Part shown: piece by piece, positions 11,901 through 23,203 of the stretch
How the letters are laid out: every line of letters begins with the position of its first letter
Numbering within the stretch: position 1 is the stretch's first letter
Assembly: GCA_051294375.1 (NCBI GenBank)
Contig: CM119267.1
Location: 15,602,105 to 15,666,104, forward strand
Source of the DNA: Paraspadella gotoi
Taxonomy: Eukaryota; Animalia; Chaetognatha
Reading direction: 5' to 3'
DNA: 64,000 bases
Program-made: the position numbers and the translations under genes
Notes under the pieces: model-generated
What the model was told of the DNA's origin: nothing
What the model saw: only the letters and a program-made list of their open reading frames with translations
Databases searched by the model: none

Positions 11901-14900
11901 GCACGCGCAACAGCGCTGGACGCGGCCACGCCCACTTCCGGAGACGTCAGCGAGGGACGTGGAGGACGGCGGTCCTCCGTAACAGCACGACGGCGTCGAT
12001 GCAGAGGCGGCTACACGAGCACACGGCAAGTGTTCGTACAGGTGGTGCTGGAAGCACAGTGGTCTGATAACGTATTATCTGAATCCTAAAAAGTACTATT
12101 TTCCTTCAAATAACAAAATAAAATGCTTTTATCATAACTATTAAACTTTTTTTTAGCAGATCTGTATTTGGTCCAATAGTTATTCCGGAACCGATTCTTG
12201 ACTGAAAAAACGGCGTGAAGAAACAGTAATTATTGTTATGAGTTAATGACAGAACCGTTCGATATAAGCATTAAGCAGTCCCTGAGATTCAGATCAGGCT
12301 GTAACAGTGTAACACCGTGTTACAGGCGGGTTAAGCGCCCCGTCCCTCTTAACTGCTAGGCGACCACCGGGCTAGAACCCTGGTCCTTTGGGTTGGGAGG
12401 CGAATGACTTGCCTCCGGTACCAATGGCCGCTGATGAAAGGTTGGTAGATTTTAGTCCACCCTCGGCGTATCATTTTCTAATATGAAGACTTCTGTAATA
12501 GTTTTATCGGGCTTACGAGTGACGATGAAAAGCGACCATCAAATTTGAGATAAAACTTCTCTCACCAGCCGAACTAAAGTTCTTAGTCAGTAGCGCAGAT
12601 TGGGCTTGTCTCGCTTTGGCCAAATAACATCTTCCGGACTTGAACTTGTCCAGGATCTTTCGGGACTGCCGGTCACATTCGGCTTGGAGCAGGCGAAGAA
12701 GAACGAGAATCTTGCCAGGACCATAGTATGTTTCCAGAAGCGGCTGGCGGGCTTCTACAGCCTGAGCGATGGACTCGAAGAGAAGAGTCAACAAATCGGC
12801 GTACACCACGTGACTGCGATTCGTAATCTGTATTATTAAATTATATTTAATTATTTATGTTTGCTGGTTTTTCTTTCTTTTCGTTGGTAGTTTAAATTAG
12901 CAGAAAAATTTTTTGATTATCACAACGAAATTTATTATTATTCAAAAAGTACTTCTGTTCTTCATCAGTATTTTGTGAAATACAAATTGGTTTAGTTCAA
13001 AAATTGAGTGAGGGAGGGAGAGACAGAGAGAAATCAATGCTTCCAACATAGATTTGAGGAAAATTTCAGTTAGATGGTGAGGACAGCTTAAGTTTGAGAG
13101 ACAGAGGTGAAAGGAAATAAAAGGTCAAACAAAGAGAATAACAAATATAGTGGCACACATCAACACAATTAGATTAAATCTAACCCTCCCCAAACAGAAA
13201 AGTAAAACGAAAACAAACGATAACAATAATGATACTCTATGAGAGTATTCCAAAATTATTGTACAAATAAATTAGTACATTATTTTCTGTTAACACTAAT
13301 CTCTTTATAAATCGTTCATGACTGCTTTGAAATTTACACGTCTCTCTCTCTCTGATTATTGTATTTAATTTGTTTCAATATAAAATATAATTTTATTTAA
13401 TAAATATGACAAAAATATCAGGATTATTATAAAATAATTATCGATTTTTAAAGATCTTGATGATGAGAAGCTATATGTAAATTTTCAACTTCATACACGG
13501 ATTTCAAACTTTGCACCCTGACGTTTTTTATTTTTTAACTCCCAGTAGTCCAGCTAACTTAGTTTCTGTGCTCATTAATGCCATGGTTGAATTTCAAAGA
13601 AGCAATTTTTTTTTTCATTTGAATAGCACCTTACTGTTGTAAGATATATCTTTATGAAAAAAAAATTTTTTTTTAAAAATTGAGTTTATCTTACAAATAT
13701 AGTATGTGTAGGAGCAATCAGAATGTCAAAAAATTTTTCACAGCCACAATGACAGCCCTTTCCTTTTGATAGTTTTTATAGTTAAAACTTATAGAAAATA
13801 AAAATTGGAAAAGAGCATTGATCTGGCAAGCGCCTGTTACCTCACTAAACCTTAAAATATATTAATGAAATTTTTTTTGCATTCTCCCAAGACATTTTAC
13901 TAAATAATGAATGTAAAAGAAATTATAATATTCGTCTCATTTTTTTTCACAATGAGTTTGAAATTGAATTATCAAATAAGAGGTGAAAAATTATGCAAAA
14001 AATGCTGCTGGAAAGCAAGCGAACCAGTTGTTATGAAGTATTCTCAATTTGTTATATACTGGGTTGGCAAAAACCTGGGTTTTTTTTTGGTTTTTTTGGT
14101 TTTTTTGGTTTTTTTTGGGTTTTATTGGGTTTTTTTGGTTTTTTTAAATTATAGATAGCAGACTGTCAATATATTATTTTCCCGCATTCTCGTTAATTTA
14201 CTCCTGGTTAGGATACCTTTTCAGAGAATTCTTTAACATGTGACAAATAGTCAAATGTATAATTATATTGAAGTTTAATTTTTTCTGATAAATCGCTTTA
14301 AGAAAAGGGTATTCAATTCAACTTCAAAATAGGCCAAAATGGAGTACAAATTCAGAAAGCTGAGCTCCTGGCGATTCTGAAAATGTATTCACTTTAAACA
14401 TTTGATGCATTCTACCCTATTTTATATCGGTTTTAATTATAATATAAAATAAAAGAAACCTATCTGAAGAGTTGCAGGTCAAACGAAAGGCCAATCCATC
14501 TGATATTTTTTATGAATTTTTTATTACTGAATTAGAAAAATGTAATAGAGAGACATTTTTAAATTTCAACCCTGAATTCTTTCTAACTGGAACGCGTTTA
14601 TCAAAATGTCTCTCTATTACATTTTTACAAATGTTTTTAAGATTGCTAATCAAATTTTTAATTCAATATATATTGCAGTCGTTTAGGCTGCAACTCTTCA
14701 AATTCAGTGTAGATTCTTATTGTAGCTCGAAGTTCTTTACCATCTATTTAACTGAAGATTTTGTTCATGACTGCGAAAACCAACAGAGTAACGAGATTAA
14801 TTGTTTAATTCTCCCCTTCTAAACTAACCCATACCGTGTTTTTAACTTCTTACCTAGAATTTTTTAACAAACAGAATGAAAAACAATCTTTAAAAAATGT

Positions 14901-16653
14901 GCTTACCCATTTAACTTAACAATTTTGTTATTTACCGATTTCAAAAAAAATATTTAAAACACAATGTTGACATATAAATAAAATCTTTTTTTTGGTGATT
15001 ACTGGTGATTACGATGTATTTCTCGATGTTTTAGCTCTAATACATCAATGATTACGTATTGTTATGCTGAATGACCTTTCCTCTTAAAAGACCATAACCT
15101 TGTGTTAAATAATAACGAGAGAATAGCAATCATTTTTAATGTGTCGCTCTTTACATAATTTGCGATTCATGATTAGGATTACTTAATATAAGGAAAATGG
15201 TACAGAAGCCAGCATCGAAAGTGATACTGATATTAAACATGTAAAACATAGGTTTGGGTTATTTTTTATCACTAAATTATATTATTATTATATATATATT
15301 ATATATTATATTATTAAGCTTTGTAAAAATGATATATCTTATATGATTTAAATTTTTGCTTCAACAATTTAATGTTTCATATTAAAAAATTAAGTAATTT
15401 TAAAAAAAACCCAAAAAATCCACTTTTTAGTGGGTTTTTTGGGTTTTTTTAGCTGGGTTTTTTTAGTTTTTTTTTGGGTGGGTTTTTTAATTCCAACCCT
15501 GGTTATATAGGAATAAAAGTAAGGGAATGGTCTAACTAATGAAATGACCAAATATCAATCATATTGAGTCAGTTAAGAGTCATAACCAATCTTTTCATTT
15601 CCCTCCGATTTTAGGATCACTATAATTATAAAATTATCAATTAGGAAGGACCATGATTATGAGAATATATATCTAAATTTTTAACTTCATACAATCACAC
15701 ACTTTTATAAAAAGGCGATCTATAATGTAGTAAGTTTTATAAATTTAGAACGACGAAGACAATCGTCCCAAAATCGGCGCAAGCGATAGCGACGATAAAA
15801 AAAACCCAACCCAACCTGGGCGTTTTCGTTATCGCTGTTTTTGAGGTTAAGATCGGCGGCCGAGCTGATTTGAGAGCAGAGATATTTTCCAAACTTGCTC
15901 ATCCCTTCATCATGGAGACCGAGTCGTGGAAAGATCTTGAAGAAACGCTCGACCGATGCCGCGTCGCCGGAGTGTACGGCCTTCGAAAAAGAGTTATTTC
16001 ATGTGGAACAAACATTTCACCACTCTTGGCTTTTCATATTGTAACCGGATTTTAAAAACATGAAGAAATTGAGAAAATCTGTGATACAAAACCTGATCGA
16101 ATTTTGATCGTATGGTCTTCTGTAGCCTCTCCTTGGCTTCGTTCAAGGCGTTGTAAGAGGTTTCTCGGTTGGCCAGGGAATCCGACTCGGCGTCGTCGTC
16201 CGCCGCCGTCAGCACCGACTTGTCAAGGTTTAAAAAACTGTGAATGTGCATGGCGGCCTGTTCGTAGTCGTCCCGCTTGAGTGCGCTGTGCACGTCGTAA
16301 CTGCACGACTTGAGAACGAGAAGATCCTCAACACGCTTCCTAGTCTCTCCCACTCGCTTCTTGGCGTCGTCGAGTCGCCGCACGCGACCAGACACTCGGT
16401 CTGCCAAGTGGGCCGTCGAAGAGATCATACCAGTTAAGTTGCGGGAGGAAGTTTCCAACGCCACAACCGCCGGAAGCAGAGAGCCGATTCGGCGCATCTC
16501 CATTTCCAGATCCGGAGCGAGGTTCCTTAACTCAGCCAAGCGAGTCTCAGTTCTTGTCTCGGCGACTTTGATCTGAGCCAGCGCGGCTTCGATATCCGAG
16601 ACAGAAGTTAGACACTCTACGCCCGAAAAAGATTGTTCTTGTTCGGAACCCAT
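2931..16653 (-). CDS. COG4: Conserved oligomeric Golgi complex subunit 4, 7 exons; two single-base frameshifts in the last exon
   Basis: Exons about 16653-16093, 15980-15816, 12827-12566, 4531-4326, 4197-4087, 4017-3796, 3717-2931. Motifs [102 protein letters not shown]. Confidence 0.95.
5065..10105 (+). mobile_element. Non-autonomous Gypsy/Ty3-like LTR element; LTRs about 5065-5647 and 9505-10105
   Basis: Two ~590-bp indel-rich direct repeats start TGTA(A)GAGATA and end CTC(C/A)TATA. 4-bp TSD GGTA at 5061-5064 and 10106-10109. PBS-like TGGTTGGCATCGG at 5649, similar to tRNA-Leu-type TGGTGGCAGCGG. No gag/pol recognisable inside. Confidence 0.7.
9042..9213. repeat. Two-copy ~85-bp tandem repeat inside the LTR element
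   Basis: ttggagttt(a)gtctca..tatttgccttggtgtttgtg(g/t)tcagcatac..tcttatt..gtgaa..taat occurs twice in tandem. Confidence 0.75.
10668..12164 (+). mobile_element. Internally deleted Tc1-family DNA transposon
   Basis: TIRs CAGATCTGCTCAAAAAAAGTTTAA / TTAAACTTTTTTTTAGCAGATCTG, flanked by TA on both sides. Degenerate transposase at 10908-11352: HTH-like [21 protein letters not shown] and [15 protein letters not shown], similar to Tc1 WPxxSPDLNPIENLW. Confidence 0.88.
11493..12040. mobile_element. Solo LTR (548 bp)
   Basis: Begins TGTA and ends TACA, flanked by a 5-bp TSD GGTGG (11488-11492 and 12041-12045). Distinct GC-rich composition; inserted inside the Tc1 element. Confidence 0.82.
12217..12463 (-). 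mobile_element. tRNA-derived SINE, copy 1 (COG4 intron 3)
   Basis: Reverse complement aligns with 50940-51129. 72-nt tRNA-like head at 12360-12431 (GCGGCCA..TGGTCGC ends, B-box-like GGTTCTAGCCC, TCGCCTCCCA as in tRNA-Gly). Flanked by CGGCGT direct repeats at 12211-12216 and 12464-12469. Confidence 0.8.
14059..15501. mobile_element. Non-autonomous hAT-family DNA transposon in COG4 intron 2
   Basis: Termini CTGGGTTGG..AAAAACC / GGTTTTTT..CCAACCCTG with a perfect 8-bp TSD GTTATATA (14051-14058 and 15502-15509). Subterminal GG(T)n repeat arrays at both ends. Confidence 0.88.
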
Positions 16654-16822
16654 GGTTTGATTTACGTAGGTTTTTTGTGGATAAATTTTGATTAACAAAC
16701 CCTTTTAAATTTCATCTAAATCCAGATGCAAAAAAGAAAATACTTATTTAACGCTCTTATTTCTTAAAATTTGAAATACAACTCGAAAATGTGGGCTTGA
16801 TGACGCCAAGGACGCAACGAAT

Positions 16823-17311
16823 CTAGCTGTTGGAGTTGGGACCCTTCTTCCGACCGAAGGTGGCGACGACGTTGACGAAACGGCGATTGTACTGAATCCT
16901 TCTTCTCGCACGGCCAGTCTTCTTTTTTTTCTTCTCTTGCTTTTCTACTTTGGTCGTTTGACCTTTAACCTTTCCGGCGCGTGCCAAAGAGCCGTGGACT
17001 TTTCCACCCAGTAGTCGACTCGTCATTTCGACAGTGGACATCTGGTTGCAGAGATATAAAGAAATATTCGTCAAAAATTTAAATTCGACGAAAAAATAGT
17101 TTCAGAAACAGCGAAAAATTACCTCGACCAATCCACAAGACGAGAGGAGCTCATCCTCCAGCAATGGTGTTCCATTGTAGGAGAGAATCTGAGTCTCCGC
17201 ATCTTCGATGTTCTCCAAAAGGCAAGCCTGCTTTTTCAACGATTCGACCGACTCGCAGCCGGAGACATTGACGGTGTGCACCGAAAAGAAGCCGCGCACA
17301 AAGAGCTGCAT
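16823..17311 (-). CDS. FAU: FAU ubiquitin-like (FUBI)-40S ribosomal protein eS30 fusion, 2 exons
   Basis: MQLFVRG...RLLGG followed by [43 protein letters not shown]...KGPNSNS; GT-AG intron about 17042-17122. Confidence 0.97.
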
Positions 17312-17720
17312 TCTTTCAAATATAACTTTCAATAAAACTATAAAAAAAATAAAGATTGGCACGAACAAATTACATATTTTATTCAGCAAATGATTTCAAA
17401 ATTTTTTCGGGCACAATTGGAAATTTTGGAAATTTTAAAAATTTTTCTGAAATTTGTTGAACCTTTTCCGAATTACTTAAGAACAATTGATAAAAAGACT
17501 ACGTGTAAAAATCATATCAAATTACATCAAAAATATCATATAAGTGAGAACCAACAATACCAATAAAAAGCTTTGTAAATTCAAATGATTAAACAAATTT
17601 GAGTATTGTACAATTCACAAGTTGTACAATGTACAATAAGGCCATAATTATTTTGATAAAGCTGAGTTTATTACTGTATTTGCAAAAATTGCATTAAGTG
17701 CGAATAAACTAGCACAACAA

Positions 17721-20700
17721 TTAGTAGGAATGTAAAAGGCTAATGGCTTCAGCAGCCGAAGAACGGACGCCAGCATCCGAGTCTTTCAATAAAATAATAA
17801 GGGCAGAACAAACGTGTTCTTTACTGATTAATCCTCGACGAGAATCTGATTCTGAACTATTTTGTAAATTTCCCATTAAGAACCCAACACAAATGGCTGC
17901 ATTGCATCTTATTGACACCCATTCACTTTTAAAAAATCCAACAGTATTCATTACGTAAAAGTTGATCTTGTCAGGAAAATCATCCACAATAGATTTAGAC
18001 AAGTCATTAATAAATTCGCCATAATGGAGAGGCCGATCCTCAATCAGCAATGTTTGAAACATTTTGTTAACATTAGGAGATCCCATTAACGGCCCAATTT
18101 GCTTCAATGCTCCTTTAGTTGCTTTGACAACATCGAGATCGGCATCATTAAGATGTAATAGCAACGTCATTAAATTTGCATGAATTTGCTCCAAAAAAGT
18201 AGAGCTTGAGGGGCCATTAGCAAATCTTGATAAAGTACCAAATAAATCAAATGCAGCGGCCCGCACTTTACCGTTTTCGTTTGCCAAACATGGGCGAATT
18301 CGCAAGGATATATTTATTAAAATTCCTCTAACATGCCCTTCCTCAACTTGACAAAGAACTTGCGAGAGACCCTTCATAGCTGCTAATGCAATCTGATCAT
18401 CTGGATCATCTTTGTCATCCATTGCTGAAATTAATGCAGAAAGGATTGTAGTCAGATGATGTTCAACTAAATCTTTACGGCAATTTGCCATATTTCCAAG
18501 CCCTGTTGTAACAAGTCGTCTTACCGACCTGTCATTGTCTACCATCCGACCTAACAACGTTGATACCAAAAAAGCTAAATCTTTCTCATCACCACAAGCA
18601 TTTTGATTGATAAATTCGGCAAACATAGAAGCAACAGCTATTCTTTGGTTATCATAAGGTCCATAAAGCCCTTGAGACAATTGGCTCGTAAGATCAGAGA
18701 TGCAACTTGCTTTAAAATGCGCCAATGTAGAAGATAGTTTTGTCAGAGAATCTTCTAGTTTATTCGGAATAACTAAATCGGAAAAAACGGCTGATTCTTC
18801 CAAACATCGTACGACTTCTTTACAATCTACCAAGTCATGCATTAAAAAAGATTTGAGACAGTCTATGCTGATTTTGATTGTGGCATAATCCTTAGCTGTT
18901 ACCTTCAAATTCGATGCCATCTTGTGAATTACTTTTATTTCTTGCTTTTGCTGCTCAGTAATGACATTATCTTTTTCTTTAAATCCAAGTAAAACTTTAT
19001 GGCTGACTCCAACCCTTAAAAGGAGGGACCCCAAAATTCTTGAGAACTGCCCCTGCAAAGTTGGTCCCATTTCGGGAACTTGAAAAATGCAAATCAAAGC
19101 AGATGTGACGTGTAAAGGTAACTCGGTCGACATTTTTAAAGGCTGCTCTTTTTTCAAGCTTGAATCAATTTTCTCTTCATATGGTAAACTTTTAGATAAA
19201 ATACTAAGTAGATTGTCTAAAATAGAAGGGGCCAATTGAGGGTCAGAAACAAGAACTTGCCAACATGCTATTATTGTATCGTCATATGGTATTGGAAAAG
19301 TAGTTAATAGCTGGTTTAAAACTGGCTCTAAACAGTGACCAGCTAATGTTCTCAGAGCCCTGAGTGTTCCGGTACGTGTTTGAGGATGTGTAACTCTTGC
19401 TAAATGAACATGCAGAAGCTTTAACAAAGAATCAACTCGAGAAGCCAATTCCAAACCCCGATTACGTAAAAGTGCGTTTAAAACAACGCAAGCAGCAGAT
19501 GATGAATGTGGTTGATCATCGAGTAAGCCACCCATAAGCCCTTCAAGAAGCAACCATAATTGCTTGGTAGGTGTCCTTCTGACAATAACTTTTGAGAGAT
19601 CATTAACTAAGCTAAACAGGGAGTTGGGATCTGATTTGTCTAATCGTCCTTGAAAAGAAGTAAGAGCGCTCAATATAGAGTCAGAATCAGGATCTCCTCC
19701 AGCGCATTTGACTTGAATAGTTAAAAGTTTACATATACAGTCAAGAGAAACTCTTCGTACAGTAACCTCGGAATCACAGAATCGAGGAACAAAATGAGCT
19801 AAAGCTGTGCCATATAGAGCAAGATCAAATGAGGCAGGATGAATAATTCTGTCGTTTCCTTCAGATTGAATAAAAACAGCTTCAGTATAACATGAAAAAA
19901 GATTTGATATAGTTTTCAGAGCTCGAAATCTCTGGGAGCCTTCAGGGTAAGATATCCATTTTTCCAAATATTCATAAATTTTTTCTATTGTTGCTGCATT
20001 AGTGTTTTGCTTCAAAATTTCCATCAATAAATCATCGACTAGTCTCAAAACGTCATCCGTTGTTATAATTTTCCCTTCAAGTACATCTTGCTCGCTTTTT
20101 TCCTTGGGCGTTACAGTCGGCAAACTATATACCGAACTAGTAGAAACTTGAGCTAATTCACAAATATCAGCATCGGTTAAACTAGGGTTGATTTGAACTA
20201 AAGTGATGCATGTTTTAAATATCGCGACGAAAACTTCATACGAAGGTACTTTCAATTCGCTTTCAGCTTTCAACCAATGAAGCATCTGGGATAACAACTG
20301 AGACCTGTCCGCAAGATGATAAACACTTTTTAAATGAGATGGGTGAAGTGTTTTTCCAATCAATTCCACCGTTTTAACAACATTTAATTTGAAAGAAACA
20401 TCCTTTTCAGTCTTTTTGTCTTGAGTTTCTAAATTTAAGTTAATTACTCTCAAAATATCGGTCTCAATACGACTTAATATTAACTGAGGATCAGAATAAA
20501 GGGCTACGTATCCATACGCTAATATAAAAGTCGATTTTGCCTTGGCAGACAATGTTTCAGTCTTATCACGACCGAATGAAAAAATTCCACTTGTGCGTCT
20601 TGAAGAATCAGCTTTAAGGGTAGCCTCTAATTTAGTCAGGACAACATCCAAATGCGACGTTCCACAGAAGCCTAATGCGACAGCAGCTCCTTCCCGTTCA

Positions 20701-23078
20701 TCATGGTTTGAATGATCGATACAGTTAACAACTGCATCCAGATTCTGTTTAACTATCTGCGTGTTTAATGATTTTCTAAGTGAGATGCCAGTACACTTAA
20801 AAAGGAAATTTTTATCTCTGGGAAACTTGCTGTACATCGAGCAATGGGAGGATAAGGTATAGCATAATTCTGCAATCCATTCCTGATCTTCTATTAAATC
20901 TAAAGTTTTAGACAGAAACTTCAGAACCAAATCTTCCCAAGTTTTTTGTTCAAAATTACCATTTTCTGGATCGTTTTCCTCCAGGTAATCTCGTAATTTG
21001 ATGAGAACAGTATCCCACATTTCAACAACATTTGAATGAATATTCGGACTCATTGCCTCTAACAGATGTAGTAGTTGAATTCCTCGCATTGAATTTTTGA
21101 AAGGATTACCCAATAAAACAAGGCACCGACTAAAAATTGCATGAGGTTTAGGGAGATCAAGCTCTTGATTGTAGTTGAGGAAATAATTATCTGAAGCATT
21201 CCCAGATTCACCCCTTTTAAGCTTTCCTAAATGTGCAATGCTTTTTGCAACCGAAGTTATTGCTCTTGAGTAGGTGTCTGGAACGATAAATTCTAATAAC
21301 CTTGGCCACAAAACATCTTCCATACTTGTGATCGTAGTTGTCATTAATTGAAGAATATTCTCACACATAGTCTTTAACGCAGCATTGCTGATAAAATCGG
21401 GGTCTGAGATTTTTGAATTTTGACTAGCATTAGGGTCCAATGAACATTGCTTCACTAAAAATTCTATCATTCCCTTGCCTCCTTCTAAATGTAAGTAATT
21501 GTGATTAGCCATAGCGATAATGACTTGCGAAAAAATTTTTTTCACTTTGTTGCTAGTTTCTAGAAGAATTACTTTTAATGCACTTATAATGACCGATTTT
21601 TTCTCCACACTGATTTGATCTGCACCGAAAAAATTTATCAAATGACGAAAAATGGTTAAAGTTCCTATTCGTATTTTTTCGTTATTGTTTTGAAGCTTAA
21701 TCATGAGAAAAGCTACCACTTTATCCATAAATGAACTCGCTAGCACGGCTAAACAGCGAAGAACTTCATTATGAGATTTCATTTGATTTATATTATTGTA
21801 ATCAATTGATTGACAAACAAGGGGGTAAAGAGAATTGAGCAATAAGTCAACCATTGGTTCTAGCATTAAGTTTTGGTCTGCGGTGGCTGACTCAAGAACC
21901 ATGCAAAGTCCCTGAGTAATCGGTGCTGGGTTATCGGAATGTCTTTTCAACAAAGTGACCACTGTAGGAAGTAACTTTGGCAACTGTTCTTCTAATTTTT
22001 CTTTAGCCATAATTTTACTCATGTAGCCAATAGATTCAATAATAGCCAGTCGTAATTTTCCTTCACTCGCTTTCAGCCAAACATTAAACAAAATTTCATA
22101 AGCTGAAAATATTTCCTGAGAATAAGTTTCAATACTGACTAAGTTTTCCTCCTCCGTCGCAGCATTTGCAACATAATCAAGAATAGCTTCAGAAAATTTA
22201 GCTAAAGTAGCAGCAAATACCCAGCGTTGATTTTCACCCTTAGCAATTCCCATCATAGGTAGCATAGTTGCAAGAGCATTGCTCAAATAAGGAACCATGT
22301 GATTGGGATTAACTTGAGCCAAAAGTGCCATGGTATGAACAATAAAAAAATGAGGAATTTGTCCAGGTTGAAAAAAACCTAAAAGCTTATCCATGATTTC
22401 TTGGCAAAAAGACCTTCCCAAGGATACTAAAAGAGCTGATGCCTTTTCCTGCCAATCGGGAATAATTTCTTTAGATAAGGTCATTTCTGAAATACCCAAC
22501 CGAACCAAAGCCATTCCCATTTCTGGAGAAAGCTCCTCTTGTTTTTCCTTACAAATTTTTTCCATGGATTCGAGCAATACAATTCGGTGACCGTGAGCCA
22601 ATTTCGGATGTCGTCTCAAATATTCTTGGCAGGAGCTACAAAAAATCAATTTAAAGTTTCAAAGTAAACGTTCAGAAAAGTTTATTTTTACGAAATTTTT
22701 GGTAATATTTTAGAATGTTAACTGAACCCAAACAAAAAAATAACGATTTTTTTTGGAAAATTTTAGTTGGCGAATGTAAAATTTACCCAAGGTTAATCTT
22801 TTTTGTCAATAACCTTACCTCAAAACTAATTCGGACTGTTTCTTCCCCAGGTCTACCAACGCATTACATATAGTTTTTCTTACTAACTCGTCCTTATCAA
22901 ATGCTGCATCAACCAAAGCCATCGTCATAACGTCAACCTTTAAAACAGTTTTTAATGATACAATTTTTTTTTAAAAATGGCAAAATTTGTTTCGTTAATA
23001 AATATATTAATTAAAATTAACTACCTGTCCTCCAGTACTAAATAGCTCTCCGACGGGGGCATCATCGATGCCATCCAT
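17721..23078 (-). CDS. MROH1: Maestro HEAT-like repeat protein 1 (HEATR7A), 3 exons; last exon about 4.9 kb
   Basis: About 1690-aa HEAT-repeat protein with ALVDAAFDKDELVR, HNEVLRCLAVL, LKTMCENILQLMTTT, VLWPRLLEF, HLDVVLTKLE, LEQIHANLMTLLLHLND, LHYGEFINDL. Confidence 0.92.
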
Positions 23079-23203
23079 GTTCAAATCTAAATAAAAATTA
23101 TTTTTATAAAATTTTAACCATAATAATAATAAATTTACAATGCGGTATTTTTTAAAAGAATTTATCAAAAATGCATTAAAAAAAGTTTTCATCGAAACGG
23201 CCT

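Larger units (their letters stand above)
4557..12476. mobile_element. Internally deleted DNA transposon with long (~160 bp) imperfect TIRs; Tc1/mariner-like C-terminal transposase remnant on the minus strand; hosts four nested insertions
   Basis: Left arm 4557-4720 (caatgaaacgccgttttttc..agaatcggttccg..gggcccc) matches the reverse complement of a right arm rebuilt from 10565-10667, 12165-12216 and 12470-12476. Joining 10106-10170 to the sequence left of 5061 restores [18 protein letters not shown], similar to the Tc1 C-terminal MPRRLQAVIDAKGGYTKY motif. Confidence 0.75.

Noticed and set aside
4561-12219. GAA as a 3-bp TSD of the outer TIR element
   Set aside because: The TIR match continues beyond the SINE to about 12476, so 12216 is the SINE insertion point rather than the element end.
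12360-12431. Possible functional tRNA-Gly(CCC), and a tRNA-Val(GAC)-like copy at 50963-51034
   Set aside because: Anticodon and D stems do not pair, the anticodons differ between copies, and both sit within a longer repeat; treated as SINE heads.
12431-12480. CTGATGA hammerhead-ribozyme core next to the SINE
   Set aside because: No stem II followed by GAAA and no compatible stems I/III.
16952-16954. eS30 reads GQTTKV instead of the usual GQTPKV
   Set aside because: A single-base difference that cannot be separated from polymorphism or error; the gene is otherwise intact.
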